From positions 309-64,308 of the forward strand of contig DUMU01000033.1 of assembly GCA_012839805.1 (NCBI GenBank): a stretch of 64,000 bases of DNA, written 5' to 3'. Shown piece by piece: positions 39,054-48,139 of the stretch (positions are counted from its first letter, which is position 1; every line of letters begins with the position of its first letter). Source of the DNA: Bacillota bacterium (lineage in GTDB: Bacteria; Bacillota; Limnochordia; Limnochordales; DUMU01). The position numbers and the translations under genes were made by a program. The notes below the pieces were generated by a model, which worked only from the letters and a program-made list of their open reading frames with translations, made no database searches and had not been told where the DNA came from.

Positions 39054-39788
39054 GTGGCGATGGGATTTTGGGATCGAGTGCTGGGTTTCCTGGGCGTGCG
39101 GGAAGAGGTAGATGAGGACGAGTACGGCGCCGAGGGTGAGGAGCTGCCCTCCATCGATGCTCAGGAGGCGCGGGGAGCGGTGGAGGCGGCACGGCGTTAC
39201 GGCCAAAGCCAGGGCCGGCGCGGGCAGCTGGTGAGCATTCCCGGCCAGTCACCTTCGAAGGTGGTGGTTCAGGAGCCCCTCAGCTTCGAAGAGGTGCAGG
39301 CGGTGGCCGACCACGTGAAAAACCGCCGGGCGGTGGTGGTCTGCCTCGATCGGGTCGACCGGGAACTGGCCCGTAAGGTGGTGGACTTCCTGAGTGGCAC
39401 GGCTTACGCTCTGGACGGCAAGATCCAGCGGGTAGGGGAGGGGATCTTCCTCATCGTTCCGAGCAACGTTACCATCGAAGCCGACCCCCGGCTGGAACTC
39501 CGGCACAGCCGGCAGCAGGCCGCGGCCGCAGGGGAAGCGGACAGGGAGCGGGCGGCTGCAGGCGAACCCGGTGAGCGGGGACGTCTTCCCGTTCGTGAAC
39601 TGCTTGCTCCCCCACCGCTGCGTAGTTCCAGCGGGGCGGGAGGGGGTAGCGCCCGCCCGGGTAGTGCCTACCCGGGTGGTACCCACTCCGTCGGTGCCCA
39701 GCCGGGTAGCGGTCGCGGCGAGGGAGGCGGCACCCGGAATGAGGGAAGTGGCCGGGGAGCCGGCGAAGGGGTTGGCCGATGGAGCTAG
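39054..39788 (+). CDS. sepF: cell-division protein SepF with long low-complexity C-terminal extension
   Basis: N-terminus MGFWDRVLGFLGV. Core VVVQEPLSFEEVQAVADHVKNRRAVVVCLDRVDRELARKVVDFLSGTAYALDGKIQRVGEGIFLIVPSNV. Confidence 0.85.
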   Translation: MAMGFWDRVLGFLGVREEVDEDEYGAEGEELPSIDAQEARGAVEAARRYGQSQGRRGQLVSIPGQSPSKVVVQEPLSFEEVQAVADHVKNRRAVVVCLDRVDRELARKVVDFLSGTAYALDGKIQRVGEGIFLIVPSNVTIEADPRLELRHSRQQAAAAGEADRERAAAGEPGERGRLPVRELLAPPPLRSSSGAGGGSARPGSAYPGGTHSVGAQPGSGRGEGGGTRNEGSGRGAGEGVGRWS

Positions 39789-40741
39789 GCGAGCGCGGCT
39801 ACCCGCGCGGCGGCCGGCACCACGAGGGGCAGGGCGAGGGTTGCTCGGCCCGGCCCGGGAAGCGCCTGGCGGTCATCGGGGCGGGCGCCCTGGGGCTTTC
39901 CCTGATCAAAGGCTTGATCAGGGCCGGCTGCTACGAGCCGCAGGCGATAGTCGCCTCCGATCCCGATGAAGAGCGCCGGCAGGCGGCGGCGGAGGTGGCC
40001 GGGCTGACCGTTACCGCGAAAAACCGCGAGGCAACGCAGGCGGCCGGAATCGTGGTAGTGGCGGTCAAGCCCCAGGTCTTGCCGGGGGTCCTGCGGGAGA
40101 TCGGGCCGTCCTTTGGGCCCGATAAGCTCTTAATCTCGGTGGCGGCGGGGGTAGAGCTCGCCGCTCTGGAAGCTTTCGTGCCCGAAGGAACTCCGGTGGT
40201 GCGGGCCATGCCCAACGTCGCGATCCAGGTGGGCGAGGCTGCCACGGCCCTGGCGGCGGGACGCTGGGCAAAAGAAGAGCACCTCGCGGCGGCCCGCGAA
40301 TTGTTCGGGGCGGTGGGCCGGGTGATCACGCTGCCCGAAGCTCTCTTTCATGCCGTGACCGCCCTTAGCGGTTCGGGGCCGGCGTATGTATTCCTGTTCC
40401 TCGAGGCCATGGCGGACGGGGGCGTATCCGCCGGACTTCCCCGGTCGGTGGCCGAAACGCTCGCCGCTCAAACGCTCTTCGGGGCGGCGAAGCTGGCCCT
40501 GGAAACGGGGCAGGCGCCGGCTCTGCTACGGGCGATGGTCATGTCCCCGGCGGGAACCACCGCTTCCGGCTTGCGGGCCCTGGAGCTGCGGGGGGTGCGC
40601 GGGGCGGTCATCGACGCCGTGCTCGAGGCGGCAAAACGCTCGTGCGAGCTGGCCGCTTCCGGCACGCGGGCGTCCGGCCCGGATAGTGCCGGTGAGACGC
40701 CCTCCGGGCCGGGGCCAACCGGTAAGCCGGGGGCGCGGTAG
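39779..40741 (+). CDS. proC: pyrroline-5-carboxylate reductase
   Basis: Rossmann motif LAVIGAGALG. C-terminal motifs SGSGPAYVFLFLEAMADGGV and SPAGTTASGLRALE. The start is uncertain. Confidence 0.85.
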   Translation: MELGERGYPRGGRHHEGQGEGCSARPGKRLAVIGAGALGLSLIKGLIRAGCYEPQAIVASDPDEERRQAAAEVAGLTVTAKNREATQAAGIVVVAVKPQVLPGVLREIGPSFGPDKLLISVAAGVELAALEAFVPEGTPVVRAMPNVAIQVGEAATALAAGRWAKEEHLAAARELFGAVGRVITLPEALFHAVTALSGSGPAYVFLFLEAMADGGVSAGLPRSVAETLAAQTLFGAAKLALETGQAPALLRAMVMSPAGTTASGLRALELRGVRGAVIDAVLEAAKRSCELAASGTRASGPDSAGETPSGPGPTGKPGAR

Positions 40742-40764
40742 ACTCGGTCGAAGCGAGGTCGATC

Positions 40765-41055
40765 ATGGATAGCTACTGGATTTACTTTATAGTCAACACT
40801 TTGGGCCGGCTCGTCTACCTTTACGAGGTCCTGATTCTGATCCGGGTCTTGCTCTCCTGGTTCGTCCGGGACTGGTACCATCCGGTGGTGCGCACCCTGG
40901 TGGCCATGACCGACCCGTATCTGCGGATTTTCCGGTCTTTTTTGCCTCCCCTGGGGGTGATCGACTTCTCTCCCTTCGTCGCCGTGCTTGTTCTGCAGCT
41001 GGGATGGTCGGTGGTCTCCCGGCTCTTGCTGGAGTTGGCCGCGAGTCCGTACTGA
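40765..41055 (+). CDS. ylmG: YggT-family membrane protein (YlmG)
   Basis: 96 aa. Sequence YEVLILIRVLLSWF...DPYLRIFRSFLPPLGVIDFSPFVAVLVL. Confidence 0.85.
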   Translation: MDSYWIYFIVNTLGRLVYLYEVLILIRVLLSWFVRDWYHPVVRTLVAMTDPYLRIFRSFLPPLGVIDFSPFVAVLVLQLGWSVVSRLLLELAASPY

Positions 41056-41133
41056 AATGGGGAGCCTGGCTGGTGATCAGGGGCGCCGGCCGGCGCGGTC
41101 TGCGATCGGGGGTGCCGGCCGCCGCGGCCGGTA

Positions 41134-42003
41134 ATGGGGGGCGCGGGCCGGCCGGGCCGGTGCGGAAGGCGGAGCGACGGCAAGATACAAGCGAGCGTGG
41201 TAGAGGTGGACGAAGCACAGGTAACGGCCATGATCACGCAAACGCGGCAGGAGGCCGAAGCAAGCCAGGAGCCCCGGGCGACCGATTTCCTCGACCCCGA
41301 GTACCGGCCGCTCGCCCAATCACTCCTGGCGGGGGCCACCGGACTCCTCTACCGTTGGGAGGGCGGGTATGCAGGCGCCTCCCGCTGCCGCCTGCACATC
41401 TACCCCGACTACCTGCCCGAGGAGGAATTGCCCCCGGTCCTGGCCGCGCTGGAGGCGACGGTCGGCGACGCTTGGCGGCACGACCTTCCGGCCGGCGGCG
41501 GGGCAGAAGACGTCGCCGGGAGACCCACGGCGGAGGCGTGGAGGGGTGGCTTGCTGAAAGCAGGGGTCTGCGAAGGGAAGATAGGGGACTTGCTCCTCTT
41601 GAACGGCGGACTTACCTGCCAGGTAGTAGTGGTTCCCGACATAGTGGAGCAGCTCCGGGAAAGGTGGCGGCGCGCGGGACCCTTCGAGGTGGAGGTTCAC
41701 CCGATAGACGTGGAGGCGTTGTCTCCCCCCAACCAGAGACGCAAAGAGATGCGGGTCTCCGTTGCCTCCCTGCGGCTGGACGCCGTGGCCGCCTTGGGCT
41801 TCGGCCATTCCCGGAACCGCGCGGTCCGGGACATCAGAACGGCGCGAGTGAAGTTAAACTGGGTGGTGGAGGAAGACCCCGCTCACCCGGTAAGGGTTGG
41901 CGACGTCATCTCCATCCGGGGGCGGGGGCGGGTCGTGGTAGAGGGGATCGAAGGGGCTTCAAAGAAGGGTCGTACGGTGCTTCGGCTGGTTCGCTTCCTC
42001 TGA
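41134..42003 (+). CDS. ylmH: YlmH-like RNA-binding protein (S4 domain at C-terminus)
   Basis: Placed by position between ylmG and divIVA. C-terminal S4-like region LRLDAVAALGFGHSRNRAVRDIRTARVKLNWVVEEDPAHPVRVGDVISIRGRGR. The start is uncertain. Confidence 0.7.
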   Translation: MGGAGRPGRCGRRSDGKIQASVVEVDEAQVTAMITQTRQEAEASQEPRATDFLDPEYRPLAQSLLAGATGLLYRWEGGYAGASRCRLHIYPDYLPEEELPPVLAALEATVGDAWRHDLPAGGGAEDVAGRPTAEAWRGGLLKAGVCEGKIGDLLLLNGGLTCQVVVVPDIVEQLRERWRRAGPFEVEVHPIDVEALSPPNQRRKEMRVSVASLRLDAVAALGFGHSRNRAVRDIRTARVKLNWVVEEDPAHPVRVGDVISIRGRGRVVVEGIEGASKKGRTVLRLVRFL

Positions 42004-42022
42004 AGGTGAGGGAGGTCTGGGG

Positions 42023-42787
42023 ATGCTGACGCCTCGCGATATTCACGAAGCGGAGTTTCACGTGGTCTTCCGGGGCTATAGCGAAAAAGAGGTCGACGAT
42101 TTCTTGGCCCGGGTGGTTAACGAGTATGAGGCGCTTTTCCAGGAAAACAAAGCGCTAAAGGACGAAGTCGAACATTTGCGGCAACGGATCGCCGTCTTCC
42201 AGCAGAATGAAGCGAAGGTTCAGGAAATGCTGGAGGAGACGCAAGCCCTGGCGGCCGAACTCAAGGCCGGAGCGGAGCGGCACTCCCGCCTCTTGCTCGA
42301 GTCGGCCCGGGAGCGGGCCGAGAAGATCTTAGAGGAGGCGCAGGAGGAAGCAAACCGGCAGAAGGCCAGGGCCCTGAGCGAGGCGCAGGCCAGTTTGGCC
42401 GAAGCCCGGGCCAAAGTGGAAGAGACCCGGCGGCAGCTCTCGCTGACCGTTCACGAGTGGCAGAAGACCCTGCTCGAACTGGTCCGGGAGGGAGCAAGTT
42501 ACCGGGAGCGGTTGCGGCAGCTGGCGGAGGGTATCCTCCAGCTGGTGGACACGGTGGCCGCGGAAGAGAGCGCGCTGGAGAAGGGAGTCCGTTCGCTCGT
42601 TCCGGAGTCGCTCTGGCACAATCCCGGAGCGGCCGTGGAACCGGACGTGGCCGGCGAGGCGGTCAGGGCGGGCGGGCCGGTCGGGTCTGCTCGGTCTGCC
42701 GGGCCGGCTGGGGTCGCGGCGTCGGTGGGGCCGGCGGGGCCGGTGGGGACTGGTGGGCCGGTCGGGTCGGGTGCGAAGCCGGGTTGA
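42023..42787 (+). CDS. divIVA: cell-division/polarity protein DivIVA with Gly/Pro/Ala-repeat tail
   Basis: N-terminus MLTPRDIHEAEFHVVFRGYSEKEVDDFLARVVNEYE, followed by coiled coil. Confidence 0.85.
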   Translation: MLTPRDIHEAEFHVVFRGYSEKEVDDFLARVVNEYEALFQENKALKDEVEHLRQRIAVFQQNEAKVQEMLEETQALAAELKAGAERHSRLLLESARERAEKILEEAQEEANRQKARALSEAQASLAEARAKVEETRRQLSLTVHEWQKTLLELVREGASYRERLRQLAEGILQLVDTVAAEESALEKGVRSLVPESLWHNPGAAVEPDVAGEAVRAGGPVGSARSAGPAGVAASVGPAGPVGTGGPVGSGAKPG

Positions 42788-42812
42788 CCGCATGGCAAAG
42801 CGGTGGTAAAGT
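42784..42812 (+). promoter_or_regulatory. putative sigma-A promoter with extended -10 for the ileS leader
   Basis: TTGACC (42784-42789), a 17-nt spacer, then TGgTAAAGT (-10 at 42807-42812). It overlaps the divIVA stop codon. Confidence 0.5.
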
Positions 42813-42858
42813 AAGACCCATCACATAGCAGGACGTAGCTGGACTCTTTAGCGAGACG

Positions 42859-43140
42859 CGATGAAGGGAAGAGTAACCGGAGGGCGGGCCGCAGAGAGCC
42901 GCGGCAGGGTGGGAACGCGGCGGCCAGGAATCCGGCGAAGATCATCCCGGAGCTCCTGCTGCGAACCGCGCGCCAAACCGGGCGTGCCCAAGTAGCGGCA
43001 GGCGGGCCGGCCCGATAAAGCCTCCGAGAGGCCGGTACGACGCCTTCGGCTGACGGTGCACTGGCGTAAGGGCGTGACGGCCGGCAACCGGGGTGGTACC
43101 GCGGGTATCGATGCCCGTCCCAGGAGGACGGGTTTTTTTG
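42859..43140 (+). promoter_or_regulatory. T-box leader (tRNA-Ile sensing riboswitch) of ileS
   Basis: Stem I start GCGATGAAGGGAAGAGTA. AGAGAG box near 42892. Candidate specifier GAAG-AUC-A (AUC at 42941-42943). Conserved T-box sequence GGTGGTACCGCG at 43092-43103. A terminator follows. Confidence 0.8.
43114..43139 (+). terminator. T-box attenuator terminator
   Basis: Stem CCCGTCC / GGACGGG with a 5-nt loop, followed by TTTTTTT. Confidence 0.8.
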
Positions 43141-43189
43141 TTGCCCGGACGGGCACTTGTTCTGAGAGATGGGAAAAGGGGATCGGAGA

Positions 43190-46100
43190 ATGGCTGATAA
43201 GGCTTATCAGGAGACAGTTCACCTTCCGAAGACGGATTTTCCCATGAAGGCGAACCTCGCGCAGCGGGAACCGGAGTTTATCAAGGCCTGGGAAGCACAA
43301 GGGCTCTACCGCAAGCTTCAAGAGAAGGGAAAGGCGGAGGGACGCCCTCTCTTCGTGCTACATGACGGTCCGCCTTATGCCAATGGACATATCCACATCG
43401 GAACGGCGATGAATAAGATCCTGAAGGACATCGTGATTCGCTCCCGCAGCATGGACGGGTACCTCGCGCCCTATGTACCCGGTTGGGATACCCATGGCCT
43501 GCCCATCGAGCTCAAAGTAGAAGAGGAGATGGGTCTTGATCGGAGGCGCCTGTCGGTACTGGAGTTCCGCCGGCGTTGCCGCGAGTATGCCCAAGAGTTC
43601 GTCAGGATCCAGCGGGACGAGTTCCGGCGCCTGGGTGTGTGGGGGGAGTGGGACGATCCGTACCTGACCCTCGAGCCCGGGTATGAGGCTGCCCAGATCC
43701 GGGTCTTCGGCGAGATGTTGCGCCGGGGCTACATCTACAAGGGCTTGAAACCCGTTTACTGGTGCCCCCACTGCGAGACAGCGCTGGCCGAGGCCGAGAT
43801 CGAGTACGAAGAAGAAACCTCGCCCTCCATCTACCTGCGCTTCCCCATCCTTCCACCGGGGACGGGTCATGGGTCCCGTGACGAGGGGACGGGCCGGGGG
43901 GCTACGCCGGAGCCTGGGCCGGGGTCTGCAGTGGGGCCTGCCGGAGGGGCGGACCGGTTGGCACTGCCCCCCGGTTGGGCAGAGCTCTACCGGGAAGGAC
44001 ATACCTTCGTGCTGGTCTGGACGACTACGCCCTGGACGCTGCCGGCGGACGAGGCCGTGGCTCTCCATCCCGACCTGGAGTATGTCCTGGTCGAGGTCAC
44101 CGACGAAGGCGACCGGCTGGAGCCGGCCGAGCGACGGCACCGGAGAGGGGAGAGGTACCTGCTGGCGGCCGGGCTCCTGGACCAAGTGGCCGGGGAGCTG
44201 GGGTGGCAGGCCTGGCAGGAACTGGGACGCTGGCGCGGGGCGGAGCTCGCGGGCCTGGTGGCCCGGCGGCCGGTGGACGTGGGCATGGGGACGCTTTCGC
44301 CTTTCATCCTGGCCGAGCATGTTACCCTGGAACAAGGAACGGGTGTCGTCCATACCGCTCCCGGGCACGGCCTCGAAGACTACGAGATCGGGCTTCGCTA
44401 CGGCTTGCCGGTCTTTGCTCCGGTTGACGGGCGGGGCCGTTTTACCGAGCAAGCAGGCCGGTACGCCGGATTGGAATTAACCAAAGCCAACGAATTGATC
44501 ATGCAAGACCTGCTCGCCGAGGGAACGTTGCTTCACCGCGGCTCGATCGTTCACCAGTATCCTCATTGCTGGCGGTGCAAGAATCCGGTGATCTTCCGGG
44601 CGACCGAGCAGTGGTTTGCCTCTGTGGACGGTTTCCGGCAGGCGGCCCTCGCGGCTATCGGGAAGGTGGAGTGGGTCCCTGCCTGGGGCGAGGAACGGAT
44701 TCGCAATATGGTTCAGGAGCGCCATGACTGGTGCATCAGCCGCCAGCGGGTGTGGGGAGTTCCCATTCCTGTCTTCTACTGCGAAAGCTGCGGGGAGACG
44801 CTGGCTACTCCGGAGACTATCGAGGCGGTAGCCGACCTGTTCGCCCGGGAAGGATCCGACGCCTGGTGGGCGCATGAGGCGCGGGAGATCCTGCCGGCAG
44901 GAACGCAGTGCCCGCGCTGCGGGGGCAAGGAATTCCGGAAAGAGCGGGACATCATGGACGTCTGGTTCGACTCCGGTTCATCCCACGCCGGGGTGCTGGA
45001 GCGGCGTCCCGAGCTCAGGTGGCCGGCCGACATGTACCTCGAAGGAAGCGATCAGCACCGCGGGTGGTTCCAGTCGTCGCTCCTCACCGCGGTGGCGACC
45101 CGGGGCGAGGCGCCTTACCGCACGGTGCTCACGCACGGCTTCGTGGTGGATGGCGAGGGCCGGAAGATGTCGAAGTCGCTCGGCAACGTGATTTACCCCG
45201 ATGAAGTGACCCGGACCTACGGCGCCGACATCCTGCGTTTGTGGGCCGCTTCGGCCGATTACCGGGGAGACGTGCGGGTCTCCCCCGCGATCCTCGCCCA
45301 GATGGCCGAGGTTTACCGGCGGATCCGCAATACTGCCCGGTTCATGCTGGGGAATCTTTACGACTTCGACCCCCGCCGTCACGCCGTCGCCCGTGATCAG
45401 CTCACCGAGCTCGACCGCTTCGCCTTGCAGCGGGCGGGGCAGCTTTCCGAACGACTGCAGCGGGCGTACCGGGAGTACGAGTTCCACCTGGTGTTCCACG
45501 GGATGCATGATTTTTGTGCGGTGGACATGGGCGGCTTTTATCTCGATGTCCTCAAGGACCGGCTCTACACCGATCCGGTCGACTCGCCCCGCCGGCGTTC
45601 CGCCCAGACCGCGCTCTACCGGATACTGGAGATCCTGGTCGAAAGCATCGCCCCGGTCCTCGTCTTCACTGCCGACGAGATCTGGCAGGCCCTGCGCCGG
45701 CTTCCCGGGTGTGAGGCCCGGGTGCTGGAAGGTGAGCCGCTGCTCGAAGAGAGCGTTCATCTGCGCCGGTGGGGTAAACCGGTGACCGACTACCTGACGG
45801 CCGAAGAAGAGGACCGGTGGCAGGCGCTCCTCGATATCCGGGAGACGGTCCAGCGGGCCCTGGCCGGGGCCCGCGACGCGGAACTGATCGGGGGGTCGCT
45901 CGAGGCGCGACTCGTGATCGAACCGCAAAACGATCGGGCTCGGGCCGTGCTGGAGCACTTCGGCCATGGTGAGCTGGCCGATCTTTTCCTGGTCTCGGGA
46001 GTCGAGATCGGGGCCGGTGCGGGCGAGGGCGGAATCGCGGCCGAAGGGGCCGGCGTGAAGGTGCGGGTCGAACGCCATCCCGGCGCGAAGTGCGTGCGCT

Positions 46101-46246
46101 GCTGGAAACGGGGAGAGGTGGGTATCGATCCTCGCTATCCCGACCTTTGTGAACGGTGTGCCGGCGCCGTGGTAGCCGCTCTCGCCGCGGATACCGGTGC
46201 CGTTCCGGCGGCCCCGGCCGCCCCGGTTGCCCCGGCCGATCCATAA
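43190..46246 (+). CDS. ileS: isoleucine--tRNA ligase (type 1, C-terminal zinc finger)
   Basis: Motifs HDGPPYANGHIHIGTA (HIGH), KMSKSLGN (KMSKS) and C-terminal CVRCWKR...CERC are present. A G/P-rich low-complexity insert lies near residue 235. Confidence 0.95.
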   Translation: MADKAYQETVHLPKTDFPMKANLAQREPEFIKAWEAQGLYRKLQEKGKAEGRPLFVLHDGPPYANGHIHIGTAMNKILKDIVIRSRSMDGYLAPYVPGWDTHGLPIELKVEEEMGLDRRRLSVLEFRRRCREYAQEFVRIQRDEFRRLGVWGEWDDPYLTLEPGYEAAQIRVFGEMLRRGYIYKGLKPVYWCPHCETALAEAEIEYEEETSPSIYLRFPILPPGTGHGSRDEGTGRGATPEPGPGSAVGPAGGADRLALPPGWAELYREGHTFVLVWTTTPWTLPADEAVALHPDLEYVLVEVTDEGDRLEPAERRHRRGERYLLAAGLLDQVAGELGWQAWQELGRWRGAELAGLVARRPVDVGMGTLSPFILAEHVTLEQGTGVVHTAPGHGLEDYEIGLRYGLPVFAPVDGRGRFTEQAGRYAGLELTKANELIMQDLLAEGTLLHRGSIVHQYPHCWRCKNPVIFRATEQWFASVDGFRQAALAAIGKVEWVPAWGEERIRNMVQERHDWCISRQRVWGVPIPVFYCESCGETLATPETIEAVADLFAREGSDAWWAHEAREILPAGTQCPRCGGKEFRKERDIMDVWFDSGSSHAGVLERRPELRWPADMYLEGSDQHRGWFQSSLLTAVATRGEAPYRTVLTHGFVVDGEGRKMSKSLGNVIYPDEVTRTYGADILRLWAASADYRGDVRVSPAILAQMAEVYRRIRNTARFMLGNLYDFDPRRHAVARDQLTELDRFALQRAGQLSERLQRAYREYEFHLVFHGMHDFCAVDMGGFYLDVLKDRLYTDPVDSPRRRSAQTALYRILEILVESIAPVLVFTADEIWQALRRLPGCEARVLEGEPLLEESVHLRRWGKPVTDYLTAEEEDRWQALLDIRETVQRALAGARDAELIGGSLEARLVIEPQNDRARAVLEHFGHGELADLFLVSGVEIGAGAGEGGIAAEGAGVKVRVERHPGAKCVRCWKRGEVGIDPRYPDLCERCAGAVVAALAADTGAVPAAPAAPVAPADP

Positions 46247-46387
46247 GGCAGGCAGCAAACCTTCTTCCTCTGCTGGTGTGACGCGCCTTGCGCCACGGCG
46301 AATGACAGCGTCCCTGGTCTTGCTTCCGGGCACGCTAAACACGGGACGACGCCTGCCGAAGGCCCGGAGGCGGACAAGGGGAGAAGA

Positions 46388-46777
46388 ATGGGCACGGGAG
46401 AAGAGAGTTCAGGGGCGCCGGGAAACCGGTCACCGGTAGCGAAAGTGCGGGAGCAAGAGGATGCGCCGGGGTCCGGGGAACGGGCGGTGGCGGACCGGAT
46501 CTCACGCCAGCTGGATCGAGTGGCTGCTGCCCTCGACCGGTCGAGCCTGGCCGAGCTGGTCGAACTCTACCGGCGGCCCCGGCGCATGCTCTTTCTGAGT
46601 CTTGTTTCCGGGATTTTTCGGGGCGTGGGCACGGCCATCGGTTTTACCGCGGTTGCCGCCCTCGTTCTTTACTTCCTCGGGCGCCTGGCGGCCCTCAATC
46701 TCCCGGTGATCGGTGAATTCGTAGCCGACATAACTCGCATCGTGGAGCGGGAACTCCAGATGCGGCCGGGGCTGTAA
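46388..46777 (+). CDS. DUF5665-like small membrane protein
   Basis: Sequence LVELYRRPRRMLFLSLVSGIFRGVGTAIGFTAVAALVLYFLG. The family name is from memory and is not verified. Confidence 0.55.
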   Translation: MGTGEESSGAPGNRSPVAKVREQEDAPGSGERAVADRISRQLDRVAAALDRSSLAELVELYRRPRRMLFLSLVSGIFRGVGTAIGFTAVAALVLYFLGRLAALNLPVIGEFVADITRIVERELQMRPGL

Positions 46778-46866
46778 CGGCAACGCCGGCCGGGGGGCGC
46801 ACGCCGGTGCGGGCGGTGGCCGGCAGGAGGGAGCGACGGCTGGGGGAAGAGGGAGGAGGGCAAGAC

Positions 46867-47646
46867 ATGGTCAGCGATGCCGAGGCCAAAGACGGCCGGG
46901 CAACGACGGGCCGGGGGGAAGTTCCTTTGCCTGCGAGCCCCGGGGAGATCCGGGCGTATCTGGTGCGCGAGGCGGAACGGCTCCGGGAACGGGTCAAGGA
47001 GATGAGCGAGCACGAGCTGGGAGAACCTTTGACGACGTCGGTGGGCGAACTCTCCGGGTACGATAACCACACCTCCGATCTGGCCACGGAGACGTTCGAG
47101 CGCGCCAAGGACGTGACTTTGCGCCGGCAGTCCCGGCAGATGCTGGAATTGGTGGAGCGGGCCCTGGCCAAGCTGGATAGGGGTACTTACGGGATCTGTG
47201 AGCACTGCGGGGGGCCGATCGGGGCCGAACGCCTGGCGGCCCGGCCTTATGCCCTTTTGTGTTACCAGTGCCAGGTGACGGAGGAGAGGGCACATGCGAA
47301 AGTTCACGGCGTCGGGGAGGCGCCTTTCCGGTTCGAATACGCCTTTCGCGACGGGGAAGGATATGCCGGCTATGATGGAGAAGACGCCTGGCAAGACGTG
47401 GCCCGCTACGGCAACGCCAACTCGCCGCAAGACTCCGGCGCCGTTGACTACGGCGACGTTTTCATCGAGGCAGATGAGGATACCGGATCGGTCGAGCCGG
47501 TGGACACGGTGGCTGATCTGGCAGGAACCGGGGTCACGAACCCGGATCTGATCTACCCTGAGCCGGTGCCGAGCAGCCGGCGGCCACGGGGTTTCCGGCG
47601 GCGCGCCGGCGACGAGCAAGGAGGGGAAATAGATCCTTACCCGTGA
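46867..47646 (+). CDS. TraR/DksA-family C4 zinc-finger protein (YlyA/YteA-like)
   Basis: Sequence GELSGYDNHTSDLATETFERAKD...GTYGICEHCGGPIGAERLAARPYALLCYQCQ. Its position before lspA matches Bacillus ylyA. ATG 46867 lies behind GGAGGAGGG. Confidence 0.75.
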   Translation: MVSDAEAKDGRATTGRGEVPLPASPGEIRAYLVREAERLRERVKEMSEHELGEPLTTSVGELSGYDNHTSDLATETFERAKDVTLRRQSRQMLELVERALAKLDRGTYGICEHCGGPIGAERLAARPYALLCYQCQVTEERAHAKVHGVGEAPFRFEYAFRDGEGYAGYDGEDAWQDVARYGNANSPQDSGAVDYGDVFIEADEDTGSVEPVDTVADLAGTGVTNPDLIYPEPVPSSRRPRGFRRRAGDEQGGEIDPYP

Positions 47647-48139
47647 CTCGAGCAACCGTCGCCCGGTAGCCCTGGCGTTCCTTCTCCTGCTGACCCTCCT
47701 TCTCGATCAGTCGAGCAAGGAGTGGGTAAGCCGAACGTTTTACTTATTTGAGTCCCGGCCTTTGCTCGCGCCCCTCCTTACCCTCACCTACGTCCAGAAC
47801 CGGGGGGCGGCATTCGGGATACTGCCCGGTTCGCAGGTCCTCTTTCTTGCCGTCTCGTTTCTTTTGCTTGCGGGAATCGGGATCTTGCATCGGACCCTTT
47901 TCAGCCCGAAGCTGCGGCCGGCGGACGCCGGGGCGGTACTGATGGCCGCGGGGACGCTCGGGAACCTCTTTGACCGGATTCGTCTGGGTTATGTGGTAGA
48001 TTTTCTGGAGCTCCCTTACTGGCCGGTTTTCAATCTGGCCGACACGGCGCTGGTAGTGGGGACGGGGTTTATACTTTTGGGCGTCATCAGGGCCGAGAGG
48101 GCCGGCCGGACGCAGGACGGGAGGCGTGGGCAGAGTTGA
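47633..48139 (+). CDS. lspA: lipoprotein signal peptidase II; start proposed at non-canonical ATC 47633 (the track start, TTG 47762, truncates TM1)
   Basis: Core YVQNRGAAFGIL and NLFDRIRLGYVVDF...WPVFNLAD. The upstream in-frame sequence encodes LLLLTLLLDQSSKEWV, the conserved TM1 and DQxxK region. AAGGAGGGG lies 7 nt before ATC 47633. Confidence 0.75.
   Translation: MLTRDSSNRRPVALAFLLLLTLLLDQSSKEWVSRTFYLFESRPLLAPLLTLTYVQNRGAAFGILPGSQVLFLAVSFLLLAGIGILHRTLFSPKLRPADAGAVLMAAGTLGNLFDRIRLGYVVDFLELPYWPVFNLADTALVVGTGFILLGVIRAERAGRTQDGRRGQS

Noticed and set aside
39779-40741. proC located inside the sepF-ylmG-ylmH-divIVA division cluster, considered as a possible insertion.
   Set aside because: There are no compositional or repeat signatures of insertion. 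The arrangement is a plausible lineage-specific gene order and of little further interest.
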